This document shows, one piece after another, positions 19,870 through 28,876 of a DNA stretch of 60,443 nucleotides. Source of the DNA: Candidatus Woesearchaeota archaeon (GTDB taxonomy: Archaea > Nanobdellota > Nanobdellia > Woesearchaeales > UBA9642); NCBI GenBank assembly GCA_038895475.1, contig JAWANI010000003.1:1-60443 (forward strand), in the 5' to 3' direction. Positions within the stretch are counted from its first letter, which is position 1; the number at the start of each line of letters is the position of its first letter. A program made the translations under genes and the position numbers. The notes under the pieces are model-generated. The model was not told the origin of the DNA. It made no database searches and saw only the letters and a list, made by a program, of their open reading frames with translations.

Positions 19870-21186
19870 TTATTTAAAAGCCATTTTCTGCCCGTTTTTT
19901 AGCAAGAATACGTTTTTATTTTCCCTATAATTTAACTCTTCTGCAAGCTCTAAAAATTGTTCTGCAGTAGCTATCTCAGAATGTGCAGGTATAAGATTTT
20001 TTGGTTTAATCAAATTAATTAAATCTCTTGCATCCTCCCTTGCTCCATGACCTGAAACATGTATATCCCTAAATATGCGCACTTTCTTCTTTTTCAATTC
20101 AGACTCCATCAATTCCCTGTTTTTTATATTTTCCTCACCAGGAATTATGTTACATGAAAATATTACAATATCTTCTTTTTTAAAATGAAAGTAATTATTA
20201 AATATCATTCTTGCAAGCACTGATTTTGGTTCGCCTTGGTGTCCTGTGACTACAAAAACGTAATCTTCGGGATTCTTGCATTTTTTAAGAAAATTTTGCA
20301 CCTGCTGGCGATACTTTATTACTTTTGAGCTTTTTGAAAAGGATATTGCCTTAATGTTTTCCCCTGCACGGATATATTTTTCTAAGCTTCTCCCTAAAAA
20401 AACAACTTTCCTGTTTAACTGTTTTGAAAACTCCATAATGCTTTTCAATCTTGCCAAATGGCTTGAAAATGTGCTCACTATAATTGCTTTTCCATTACTA
20501 TTAGTAGATATCATTACCTCTCTTAGTAATTCTCTTGCAACTGATTCAGAAGGTGTTTTAATTGCCTTATTTGCATATAATGAATCCATTATCATTATCT
20601 TCACTTCTTTAAGCTGTGATAATCTTCCAAGATTTGATTTGCTCCCCAATGTCGGCTGATTGTCTATTTTAAAATCATTGGCATATACTAATTTTCCATA
20701 TTTTGTATGAACAATAATTATTGCGGCATGTATAACCGAATGTGTTACACTTACAAATTCTATTTTAATATTTTCAGAAACCTTAAAAACACTGTTTATC
20801 TCATGAACCACTAATTTATTTGGGAGTTTAATGTTTTTGTCTTCTAAAATTACTTTTAAAACCTCTATTGTATAGGGTGTTCCGTGTATAGGACAATCAA
20901 ATTCTTGTGCGAGAAATGGTGCTGCACCTACATGATCAAGGTGTGCATGACTTATACATATTGCTTTAACTTTAGGGATCCATTCTGTAATAATGCTTAT
21001 ATCAGGAATTGCTTCTATTTCAGTTAATGTTTCTAAAGAAACATCAGCATCATCATCCTGAGTATATTTTATATAATTTTGCAAATGCAGACCCATATCA
21101 AGAATTATTACTTCATCATCAACTTTTATAGCAGTACAATTTTTGCCTACTTCCCTATAACCGCCTATTGGCATTATCTCTATCAT
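19870..21186 (-). CDS. rnj: Archaeal RNase J (beta-CASP metallo-beta-lactamase ribonuclease)
   Basis: HAHLDHVGA (HxHxDH) motif and beta-CASP region; 438 aa, typical of archaeal RNase J. Confidence 0.85.
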   Translation of the reverse strand: MIEIMPIGGYREVGKNCTAIKVDDEVIILDMGLHLQNYIKYTQDDDADVSLETLTEIEAIPDISIITEWIPKVKAICISHAHLDHVGAAPFLAQEFDCPIHGTPYTIEVLKVILEDKNIKLPNKLVVHEINSVFKVSENIKIEFVSVTHSVIHAAIIIVHTKYGKLVYANDFKIDNQPTLGSKSNLGRLSQLKEVKIMIMDSLYANKAIKTPSESVARELLREVMISTNSNGKAIIVSTFSSHLARLKSIMEFSKQLNRKVVFLGRSLEKYIRAGENIKAISFSKSSKVIKYRQQVQNFLKKCKNPEDYVFVVTGHQGEPKSVLARMIFNNYFHFKKEDIVIFSCNIIPGEENIKNRELMESELKKKKVRIFRDIHVSGHGAREDARDLINLIKPKNLIPAHSEIATAEQFLELAEELNYRENKNVFLLKNGQKMAFK

Positions 21187-21288
21187 TTAACCGCCTTTAA
21201 TGAAATAAAAAATTAATGTGCCAAAAAAAAATTGCAATAATAAAAAAATAAAATAAATATTAATAAGATAAATATTTTATTTAAAAAT

Positions 21289-21819
21289 TTACTTATTATT
21301 AAATGCAGAAGTTACATAATCGAAACAGTCGTTTTTTGGTTTTCGATATCCGTTAGGTTTTTCAGTATATGATATTGGTTCTCTGCTGCCAAATATCTCT
21401 TCTTCTGAAATATTCTTATTAGTAACAGAACCTATGCTTGGAGCGATGTTTGTTAAAGCAAAAGGCACTGTTTTCTGTTTTGATATTGGTTTAAAACCAT
21501 ATCCCAAATAATTTTGTTCTAATAATGAATCTAAACTTTCAACATTTTTTTTATCAATGTCTGTTATGGATAAATAAAAGTTTGTTCCATGATTATTTAG
21601 TTTAATATATTCTTTTCGTCCTATTTTTTGTATATTATCTATATAATTGATTCCGCATGGTTCTTCTGAAATATTCTTAAATGATTTTTCTAAGAGTATT
21701 CCCAGATTTTCTTTTAACATTTTTTTCTTATTATTTATTTTTACAATTCTTCCGTCAGATAAAATTACTCCATCAATATTGTTTATTATTTCATTAACTT
21801 CTTTTGTAAAATAGTCCAT
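21289..21819 (-). CDS. Hypothetical protein (176 aa)
   Basis: Strong GGAGGGAG upstream of the ATG. No recognisable domain. Confidence 0.5.
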   Translation of the reverse strand: MDYFTKEVNEIINNIDGVILSDGRIVKINNKKKMLKENLGILLEKSFKNISEEPCGINYIDNIQKIGRKEYIKLNNHGTNFYLSITDIDKKNVESLDSLLEQNYLGYGFKPISKQKTVPFALTNIAPSIGSVTNKNISEEEIFGSREPISYTEKPNGYRKPKNDCFDYVTSAFNNK

Positions 21820-21990
21820 TTTCTCCCTCCGATATGTTTATGTTTTTTATAAATTTCTTTTTAAGTTTCTTTTAGGATACTAAGTTATTTAAAAATTTTA
21901 TCATCTCTAAAAAGTAGTAATTAAAAACAGAATGATGTTTAAATAATATTAAATTAAGATTAGAATATTTCTAATTTTTAATTGATAATA

Positions 21991-22139
21991 TGCGGGGGGT
22001 AGGAAATTCGAGCAGTAAGCTTTTCGAACCCACGAAGGCACTAAGCCAACAGATATCTCAACTATTCATAACGAATAACGGATAGGCTCTGCCTCAGAGT
22101 GCTTGAGTCTGTCCCATTTGGCCACTCTGGAACCCCCGC
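21991..22139 (-). tRNA. tRNA-Leu(CAA), class II, with two introns (37/38, 47 nt; 59/60, 18 nt)
   Basis: Acceptor GCGGGGG/CCCCCGC plus discriminator A. 3-bp D stem with GG in the loop. Anticodon stem ACAGA/TCTGT with loop CTCAAG|intron|A. 15-nt variable arm. T stem GTGGG/CCTAC enclosing TTCGAA|18 nt|T. No encoded CCA. Confidence 0.75.
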
Positions 22140-22163
22140 ATAAAAAAAAGAATAAAACAAGGA

Positions 22164-22171
22164 TTTATAAA
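22164..22171 (-). promoter_or_regulatory. Candidate TATA box for the tRNA-Leu gene
   Basis: TTTATAAA on the minus strand about 24 nt upstream of tRNA position 1. Caveat: such strings are common in this AT-rich DNA. Confidence 0.35.
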
Positions 22172-22241
22172 ACTTATCTTAAATGCCATCATCTTAAAAT
22201 CTTACCAAATTATTAAAATAATGAATCATCTTTACAATTAA

Positions 22242-22673
22242 TTATCCTAATGCTATTAGTATTGCACCAGCAGTTATTAACGCAGCACCTATTCCTGTTT
22301 TCAAAGAAATATGTTCACCTAAAAATATAAATGCCAAAACTATTGCAAAAACAACGCTAAGCCTATCAATAGGAACAACTTTAGAAACTTCTCCAGACTT
22401 AATAGCTATAAAATAAAACAGCCAGGACAATGCACCTGCAACACCGCTCAAAACAATAAACAATAATGCTTTGCTGTTATTTAATATTGGAGAAATATCT
22501 TTAAGCTTTCCCTGAAAAATTATTACCCCTATTAAAAATAATGCCATAATAATAGCTCTTACCGCTGTAGCAGTATTAGAATCAATACCTTGTAGACCTA
22601 TTTTTCCGAATATTGCAACTAAAGCAGCGAATACCGCTGAAAGCAATGCAAAAATCAACCACATGTAATCCAT
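22242..22673 (-). CDS. Small EamA/DMT-superfamily transporter (single EamA domain)
   Basis: 143 aa, 5 TM helices. Sequence pattern ALLSAVFAALVAIFGKIGLQGIDSNTATAVRA...LSGVAGALSWLFYFIAIKSGEVSKVVPIDRLSVV is typical of half-size EamA proteins. Confidence 0.75.
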   Translation of the reverse strand: MDYMWLIFALLSAVFAALVAIFGKIGLQGIDSNTATAVRAIIMALFLIGVIIFQGKLKDISPILNNSKALLFIVLSGVAGALSWLFYFIAIKSGEVSKVVPIDRLSVVFAIVLAFIFLGEHISLKTGIGAALITAGAILIALG

Positions 22674-22746
22674 AAATAAAATAAAAATTTTCTAATTAAT
22701 ATATTTTTCGAAAATCCTTTTTTTCAAAATTTTCATTAAAGAATTT

Positions 22747-23157
22747 TTATTCTAAACTCTTTATTTTTTCTTCCAAAGCAGCCAATGCAGATTCTAACTT
22801 ATGAAGTTCTGAATGTTCTTGAGTAACTGCTTCAGCCTTTTTAGATTCTTTTTTCTCTTTTTGCGTTTCTTTTTTTACAACATCCTTATGCGTACTTCTA
22901 AAAGAATTAAGTATCTCTGTATTATAATCAGGAAGCATTTGTGAAAGCTTATTATATAAGAATGAAAGCTCTTTTATTGATTGCCTTAAATCTTCTAAAT
23001 GTTTTAGTTTTTCTTTTCTTATTAGAATCATTTTATGATAATTTTTTAATGAAATTATGCTTTTTTTCGTGCACTCCAATAATTGTCTTCTTGTTTCTAA
23101 CGGGGATTTAATGGAAACATAGTATGATTCTTCATCCCTTGAAACTTTTTTTGTCAT
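22747..23157 (-). CDS. Coiled-coil protein (136 aa), third member of the tandem coiled-coil trio
   Basis: YYVSIKSPLETRRQLLECTKKSI followed by long helical K/E/L repeats. Only loosely similar to the two upstream genes. Confidence 0.5.
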   Translation of the reverse strand: MTKKVSRDEESYYVSIKSPLETRRQLLECTKKSIISLKNYHKMILIRKEKLKHLEDLRQSIKELSFLYNKLSQMLPDYNTEILNSFRSTHKDVVKKETQKEKKESKKAEAVTQEHSELHKLESALAALEEKIKSLE

Positions 23158-23200
23158 TTTAATTTTTTAATCGTTCTTTAATTATCAATTATTAAAAATA

Positions 23201-23425
23201 TCAATCATTGTCAAAAAAAGCATTATCTATAAAAACCAATCTTTTGGCTATTTCATTAACATTTCTTTCCCATTCCTGCAATTCTGCATCTTCCTGTGCT
23301 TTAAGTTCTTTTACTTTTGCTAACTGTTGCTTAGTCTCCTTAAGCTTCTTTTTCATCACATCTATAATATCAAGCACTTCTTTATAATTATCAATTTTTA
23401 CAAAAACCGGAGCATTTTGCATCAT
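23201..23425 (-). CDS. Coiled-coil protein (74 aa), paralogue of the C-terminus of the upstream gene
   Basis: A gapless hand alignment to the last 67 aa of the 273-aa neighbour gives about 17 identities (VF..., DY, KK.L, KR...ID..F). Confidence 0.55.
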   Translation of the reverse strand: MMQNAPVFVKIDNYKEVLDIIDVMKKKLKETKQQLAKVKELKAQEDAELQEWERNVNEIAKRLVFIDNAFFDND

Positions 23426-23466
23426 ATCACCTTTTTTTCATTATCATTTTTTTTCAATTTTTTCAA

Positions 23467-24288
23467 TTATACAAACACTTTTTTATCAATCAAAAGCATT
23501 CTCTTATATAATGATTCCATGTTTTCCTTAGATGTATTCAAAACAGACTCCTCTTTTTTAAAAGTCTCTATGACTTGGGATATTTTTTCATCCTGCACTG
23601 CAAGTGTTTTTTTAATAAAATTAATTTCATTAAATATCTTTCCATAATCGCTGCCTCTTATAAAAACATCGTATGGAACATCTTCAGGTATTGAATGTTC
23701 GGATAAATCTTCATCGGTTATTTCTGGTAAAGTATAATTCCTGGATTTTGACTCAAAAGACATGTTGTTTGAATCAATAGTTAATTCTTCTGCTGAAGGC
23801 AGTTTAAGATCACTGCCCGCCTTACCCAAAAAATCCTCTGCTCTCGGGGGTTCTATTTTTTCCTCATGATACGGCTCATAATCTTCATTATTCCTTGAAC
23901 CTGACAGTAATAATTTGTTTTCAGAATATTTGTCATCATTTTTGTTCTCATTAAAACTTTCAAATGCAGTATTTTGAACAACATTTTGATCTGCAGCTTC
24001 TCTTAAATCATGCTCATCAACATACGAGTCGTTAAATGAAGGCAACTCATCAGAATAATTATTTTCGTTTATATCGTTTAATTTCTCAGCACCTTCTGAA
24101 AAAGCATTATCTGAAAGAGGAGTGTTAATGTTGTTATCATTAATATTGTTACCTGATGGAAAGGTTTCCTCTAGAGAAGGCAAGGAAAGATCGCCCCCAG
24201 ATATTGAAGGCAGATCGGTATTTAAACTACTTAAATCGTTGCTAGAAACATCTTTTTCTTTCTTCTTAAAGAAGCTAAAAAAACCCAT
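23467..24288 (-). CDS. Protein with N-terminal amphipathic helix, acidic/Asn-rich disordered linker and C-terminal coiled-coil module
   Basis: MGFFSFFKKKEKD start (ATG at 24288; the track uses GTG at 24294), about 190 aa of D/E/N/S-rich low complexity, then VFIRGSDYGKIFNEINFIKKTL...KRMLLIDKKVF. Confidence 0.55.
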   Translation of the reverse strand: MGFFSFFKKKEKDVSSNDLSSLNTDLPSISGGDLSLPSLEETFPSGNNINDNNINTPLSDNAFSEGAEKLNDINENNYSDELPSFNDSYVDEHDLREAADQNVVQNTAFESFNENKNDDKYSENKLLLSGSRNNEDYEPYHEEKIEPPRAEDFLGKAGSDLKLPSAEELTIDSNNMSFESKSRNYTLPEITDEDLSEHSIPEDVPYDVFIRGSDYGKIFNEINFIKKTLAVQDEKISQVIETFKKEESVLNTSKENMESLYKRMLLIDKKVFV

Positions 24289-24485
24289 AAACACCCCTTT
24301 TTAAAATATAGAGAATACTACTTTGAGATAATATTAAAAGTTTTCTTATTATTTTAAAATAGTAAAGAAACAATTTTTACAAAAATTTCATAAAAAACAA
24401 ATGTGAAATTATAAAAGGAAAAAAACATAAAATAAAGATAAAACAATCATAAAATTAAAATACATAATAATAAACAAAATAGTTT

Positions 24486-25505
24486 ATGATTGAAGAAATA
24501 AACAATCAAAATTTCTATAAAATAAAAAATTTTTACAAGAAGGAAAAAGAAACAATAATATGTAATCTTTGCCCGCACAATTGTCGCATCAACAATAACA
24601 AAAAAGGCATTTGTGGTACAAGAATTAACATAAACGGACAATTCTATAGCATGGTTTACGGAAAAGTGAGTGCAATACATGTTGATCCTATAGAAAAAAA
24701 ACCATTATACCATTTTTATCCCGGAGAAAAAATATTATCGATAGGAACAATAGGATGCAATTTATTTTGTAGGGGTTGTCAAAATTATGAAATAAGCAAA
24801 AACCACACCCCTATTTCTGAAATACAGTTTATTTCTCCAAAAGAAATTGTTGAAATAGCAATAAAAAACAATATACGAATGATTGCATATACATATAATG
24901 AACCGACAATTTTCTATGAATACATGGTTGATATAGCAAAATTGGCAAAAAAACACAATATAAAAAATGTTATGGTGAGCAATGGATATATTAACGAAAA
25001 ACCATTAAAAAAATTACTTAAATACATAGATGCTGCAAATATAGACTTAAAAGGTTTTAATGAAAAATTTTATAGAGAATATGCCAATGCAAAATTAGAA
25101 CCTGTGCTTAAAACAATAAAAATAATAAAAGAATCAAAAAAATGGCTTGAAATAACCAACCTCATAATACCTAAAACAAACGATGATTTAAAAGAAATTA
25201 AAAAAATGTGCATATGGATAAAAGAAAACGCCAATTCTCCTCTGCATTTTTCAAGATTTTTTCCATACTTTAAAGCGGCCGATAAAGAGATAACACCCAA
25301 AGAAACACTTTTTGAGGCAAAAAAAATTGCAATTAATACAGGAATAAAATATGTATATATTGGAAATATTGGCTTTTTAGACAATACATATTGTCCCAAA
25401 TGCAATAATCTTTTAATAAAAAGAAACCCGTATATAGAAGTTTGCGGTATTTCAAAAGGAAAATGCAAAAAGTGCAACAACAAAATTCCGGGCTTTTTTA
25501 AATAA
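24486..25505 (+). CDS. AmmeMemoRadiSam-system radical SAM enzyme
   Basis: N-terminal CNLCPHNC, CNLFCRGCQN (CxxxCxxC) radical SAM cluster motif, C-terminal CPKC...CKKC. Confidence 0.8.
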   Translation: MIEEINNQNFYKIKNFYKKEKETIICNLCPHNCRINNNKKGICGTRININGQFYSMVYGKVSAIHVDPIEKKPLYHFYPGEKILSIGTIGCNLFCRGCQNYEISKNHTPISEIQFISPKEIVEIAIKNNIRMIAYTYNEPTIFYEYMVDIAKLAKKHNIKNVMVSNGYINEKPLKKLLKYIDAANIDLKGFNEKFYREYANAKLEPVLKTIKIIKESKKWLEITNLIIPKTNDDLKEIKKMCIWIKENANSPLHFSRFFPYFKAADKEITPKETLFEAKKIAINTGIKYVYIGNIGFLDNTYCPKCNNLLIKRNPYIEVCGISKGKCKKCNNKIPGFFK

Positions 25506-25608
25506 TTTTTAATTATTTCATATTATTATGTATTTCTTATCAATTAGACCGAAAATCTTTCGATTAAAATACAGATTAAAATATTAATCTGAAAATAATT
25601 GCAAAAAC

Positions 25609-27282
25609 ATGCTTGTTAAAAATTTTTTTAGATTAAAAAAATTGTATAAATCTAAAATCAATTATTTGAATAAATTAAAAAAAATAATGTTCGCTTTCTT
25701 TTATATATTTTTAATTTTTTTAACAATAAAATCCGCATATTCTATAAAATTTAATGAAATAATGCCCAATCCATTAGGAAGCGATGTCGGAAGAGAGTGG
25801 ATAGAGCTTTCAAACCCGTATTGTGAAGATGTTTCGAAAATAAAATTATTCGAAAACAACATAAACCACAACATAGTTCTGTACAGAAATGGAAGTTGTG
25901 ATTATCCGATAATTTGTAATGATTGTTCAAAACTTGTTTCTGAATACAATATTTTCTCCCAACTATATGAAAGCTCATTCACTCTCAACAATAATGGGGA
26001 ATATGTTGCATTAAAATATGGAGAAATAACACTGGACTGGATAAATTATAGCGTGGTTCCTGAAGGATATTCATTAACAAAATATGATGAATGGATAACT
26101 ACGACACCTACACCAGGATATCATTTGGAATATGTGCTTCTGTTTAATATAACCAATGCAACACAAAATAGCACATACAACAACACATTAATATTGAATA
26201 ATACAGAAACACAAAACAATACAGAAACATCAAATAATACATATATATTAAATAATACGGACTTTATGAATCAAACTGACATCTATAATATAACCAACAG
26301 CACACCTATTCCGGACACAATAAATGAAACAAATAATACACAAAATAAAACCATAAACATATCAGATGATGTAAAAATATGCAATATAAGCATCGGTATT
26401 AAACTTAAAGAAGAAAAACAAATATATGAAAACAAAGAATCTATTAAATTCTATAACACACTTAACATCACGCCATACTACAAATCCAATTTTTCAATAG
26501 AGTACTGGGTCGAGGATTTGTATGGGACTATTTTAAAAAGCAAAATTCAGACAACAAATCTTAATGAAAAAACCTTTACACCAAACATAAAAGAAAAAGT
26601 TTCTGCAATAATCATAAAAAATAATTTAATAAATATAGAAAGTAATTGTTCAGAAAATATACTTAATGATGGTGCAGAAAAAATATTAATAATAAAAAAT
26701 CCGTACTATGAAGAAAAAAAGTGTGAGGTGGCAGAAACAAATGTTCAGGGCAAGGATGAAAGCAAAAATTCTTTAGAAACATCTTTTATTGATACGAAAA
26801 TAGATGAAAAAAACATAATCGTAAATGCATATAGGGGAAATGATAGAAAGTACTCAGTAAATATTCAGATTAAAAACAATCAAAATAAAAAAACAACAGA
26901 AATAAAATTATATTTGGAAAAAAACTCTTTTACAGAATTGTTTTTCCCATTAAAAAATCTTGAATGTGGAAATTATACCATAACAACAGAAGGATTAGGC
27001 TATAAAACAACTGAATATTATAATGAACCATGTGCAGATACCGAAGTCACATCTAAAGGCAACTCTGCTAAAAATTTTACATTAAAACCCTCAAATAACT
27101 TAAACAGCACAAAATTCAACAGCACCGGATTAGATGCAAAATTTTATAATTCACCAATAACAGGCAAAACAGTCTATGCCTCAAGAAATGAACAAACAAA
27201 AAAATATAGTCTAATAGGCATAATTATAATTTTCTCATCCACTATAACTTATTTTTCATACAAATATTTATTCAAAAAATAA
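25609..27282 (+). CDS. Surface protein with lamin-tail domain (LTD), Asn-rich sequon region and C-terminal TM anchor
   Basis: FNEIMPNPLGSDVGREWIELSNP LTD signature, dense N-x-T/S repeats, C-terminal hydrophobic helix plus basic tail. The start may be the internal ATG at 25687. Confidence 0.7.
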   Translation: MLVKNFFRLKKLYKSKINYLNKLKKIMFAFFYIFLIFLTIKSAYSIKFNEIMPNPLGSDVGREWIELSNPYCEDVSKIKLFENNINHNIVLYRNGSCDYPIICNDCSKLVSEYNIFSQLYESSFTLNNNGEYVALKYGEITLDWINYSVVPEGYSLTKYDEWITTTPTPGYHLEYVLLFNITNATQNSTYNNTLILNNTETQNNTETSNNTYILNNTDFMNQTDIYNITNSTPIPDTINETNNTQNKTINISDDVKICNISIGIKLKEEKQIYENKESIKFYNTLNITPYYKSNFSIEYWVEDLYGTILKSKIQTTNLNEKTFTPNIKEKVSAIIIKNNLINIESNCSENILNDGAEKILIIKNPYYEEKKCEVAETNVQGKDESKNSLETSFIDTKIDEKNIIVNAYRGNDRKYSVNIQIKNNQNKKTTEIKLYLEKNSFTELFFPLKNLECGNYTITTEGLGYKTTEYYNEPCADTEVTSKGNSAKNFTLKPSNNLNSTKFNSTGLDAKFYNSPITGKTVYASRNEQTKKYSLIGIIIIFSSTITYFSYKYLFKK

Positions 27283-27351
27283 AAACCAAATAAACATTAT
27301 AAGAAGATTCTACCAAAAGATTTATAAAAAAAATAGCTCTCATCAAAAATC

Positions 27352-27939
27352 ATGAATGAAAAAGAGATTAAAGAATTAGTGGGTAAGGGATATGTTTTTT
27401 GTAGAATAATTTTTGAAATGGCAGGAAATCCTAAAGAATATGTGGAAGAATCACTAAAAAAATACATTTCTAAAATAAAAGAAGATCCTGAGTATATATT
27501 TATGAATGAATATTTTGCTCCGGCAGAAGAAAAAGATGGCATATGGAGCACTTTTTTTGAATCAGAATTATTGGTATCAAATTTAGAAAAATTAAATATT
27601 TTATGTTTCAATCTAGGGCCAGCAAGCGTAGAAATATTAGAACCAGAAAATTTCAGTTTTACACAAAAAGATTTAACCTATTGGTACAATGACATAATAT
27701 CGAAGATACACGAAATATCTATTGAATTAAAAAACGCGGCATCAGAAAACAATTTACTTAAAGTAAATCTCAATAGGGCAATAAAAAACAGCATAATACT
27801 CTCTTTAAGCGAGCCTAGAACAATTGAAGAAATATCTTCTAGGGTAGGCATTGATAAAGAACAATTAAAACCATTCTTAGATTCATTAATAAAGGAAAAA
27901 AATTTAATTTTAGATGGAAATAGATATATAAAAAAATAA
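27352..27939 (+). CDS. Hypothetical protein with C-terminal winged-helix domain
   Basis: C-terminus LSEPRTIEEISSRVGIDKEQLKPFLDSLIKEKNLILDG looks like a wHTH. Located directly upstream of scpB. Confidence 0.5.
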   Translation: MNEKEIKELVGKGYVFCRIIFEMAGNPKEYVEESLKKYISKIKEDPEYIFMNEYFAPAEEKDGIWSTFFESELLVSNLEKLNILCFNLGPASVEILEPENFSFTQKDLTYWYNDIISKIHEISIELKNAASENNLLKVNLNRAIKNSIILSLSEPRTIEEISSRVGIDKEQLKPFLDSLIKEKNLILDGNRYIKK

Positions 27940-27974
27940 AATTAAAATACTGCAAAAAACATTATAATTCAAAG

Positions 27975-28859
27975 ATGAAATCTTCTATAAAAAAATCTAT
28001 GAACGAAGAAATCTCAGAAGATAAAAATAAGATAGAGGCATTGCTTTTTGCATACGGAAAATATATAGACCAAAAAACAATAGCAGAACTATGCGGCATA
28101 GAAAAAAATAAAACCAAAAAAATATTGAACGAACTAAAAGAAGACTATGAAAAAAGAAATTCTGCATTAGCAATATATCAAGAAGGTGAAAATTGGAAAA
28201 TTAATGTTAGAGAAAAATATTTGTCCATAGTTAGAAAAATAGTTGCAGATACTGAATTGCCAAAATCAGTAATGGAAACCCTTGCAATAATTGCCTGGAA
28301 ATCGCCGGTATTTCAGTCTGAAGTAGTAAAGATAAGGGGAAATAAGTGTTATGACCATATAGATTTATTAGAAGAAACAGGTTTTATACTAAAAGAAAAG
28401 AAAGGCAGAAGTTATATAATTAAAACAGCAGACAAATTCTATAATTATTTTGAAATAGACCATGGCAATCTTAAAAGCATTTTTGATGAGGTAAAAATAC
28501 CTGTAAAAGAAGAACAAAAAACTTTGAAGGAGGAAATTCCTGAAGTGATTGAAATAGAAAAAAAAATAGAAATGATTGAGACTAAAAAAATGACAGAAAC
28601 AGAGGAAGAAAAGGAACAGCAAAAAATTTTTTTAGAATCAATTGAGAATAAGATACTGGAAGTAAAAGAAAAAACAATGAAAATTGAAGAAGAGATACCT
28701 GTAAAAACCTTGAATGACGAAACAGTTCAAATAAAAGAAGAAACTGCTGCTGAAACATCCTCTCAGGAGAAAAAGCCGAAGTCTTTAACAAAAAAACAAC
28801 TAGAAAAAAAATATAAGGAAGAACTCTTAAAAATTAGAGAAAAATTAAAAAACAATTAA
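27975..28859 (+). CDS. scpB: Segregation and condensation protein B (ScpB) with Glu/Lys-rich tail
   Basis: IEALLFAYGKYIDQKTIAELCG and LETLAIIAWKSPVFQSEVVKIRG tandem winged-helix signatures. Confidence 0.8.
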   Translation: MKSSIKKSMNEEISEDKNKIEALLFAYGKYIDQKTIAELCGIEKNKTKKILNELKEDYEKRNSALAIYQEGENWKINVREKYLSIVRKIVADTELPKSVMETLAIIAWKSPVFQSEVVKIRGNKCYDHIDLLEETGFILKEKKGRSYIIKTADKFYNYFEIDHGNLKSIFDEVKIPVKEEQKTLKEEIPEVIEIEKKIEMIETKKMTETEEEKEQQKIFLESIENKILEVKEKTMKIEEEIPVKTLNDETVQIKEETAAETSSQEKKPKSLTKKQLEKKYKEELLKIREKLKNN

Positions 28860-28876
28860 TGTTACAATATAATGAG

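Noticed and set aside
23467-24288. SepF identity for the protein with amphipathic N-terminus and disordered linker.
   Set aside because: Only the overall layout and the first strand-helix (VFIRGSDYGKIF...) resemble SepF. The conserved SepF core (..V.V.L..L....A.R..DF..G) is missing and the C-terminus looks like a coiled coil.
26160-26290. CRISPR-like or tandem-repeat signal (also 12890-12990).
   Set aside because: These short imperfect repeats lie inside coding regions and encode Asn/Thr-rich sequon stretches. There is no repeat-spacer periodicity and there are no cas genes.
27352-27939. Calling the gene upstream of scpB scpA.
   Set aside because: No kleisin N-terminal motif (F.GPLDLLL.LI-type) is visible. 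It is kept as hypothetical and raised as a finding instead.
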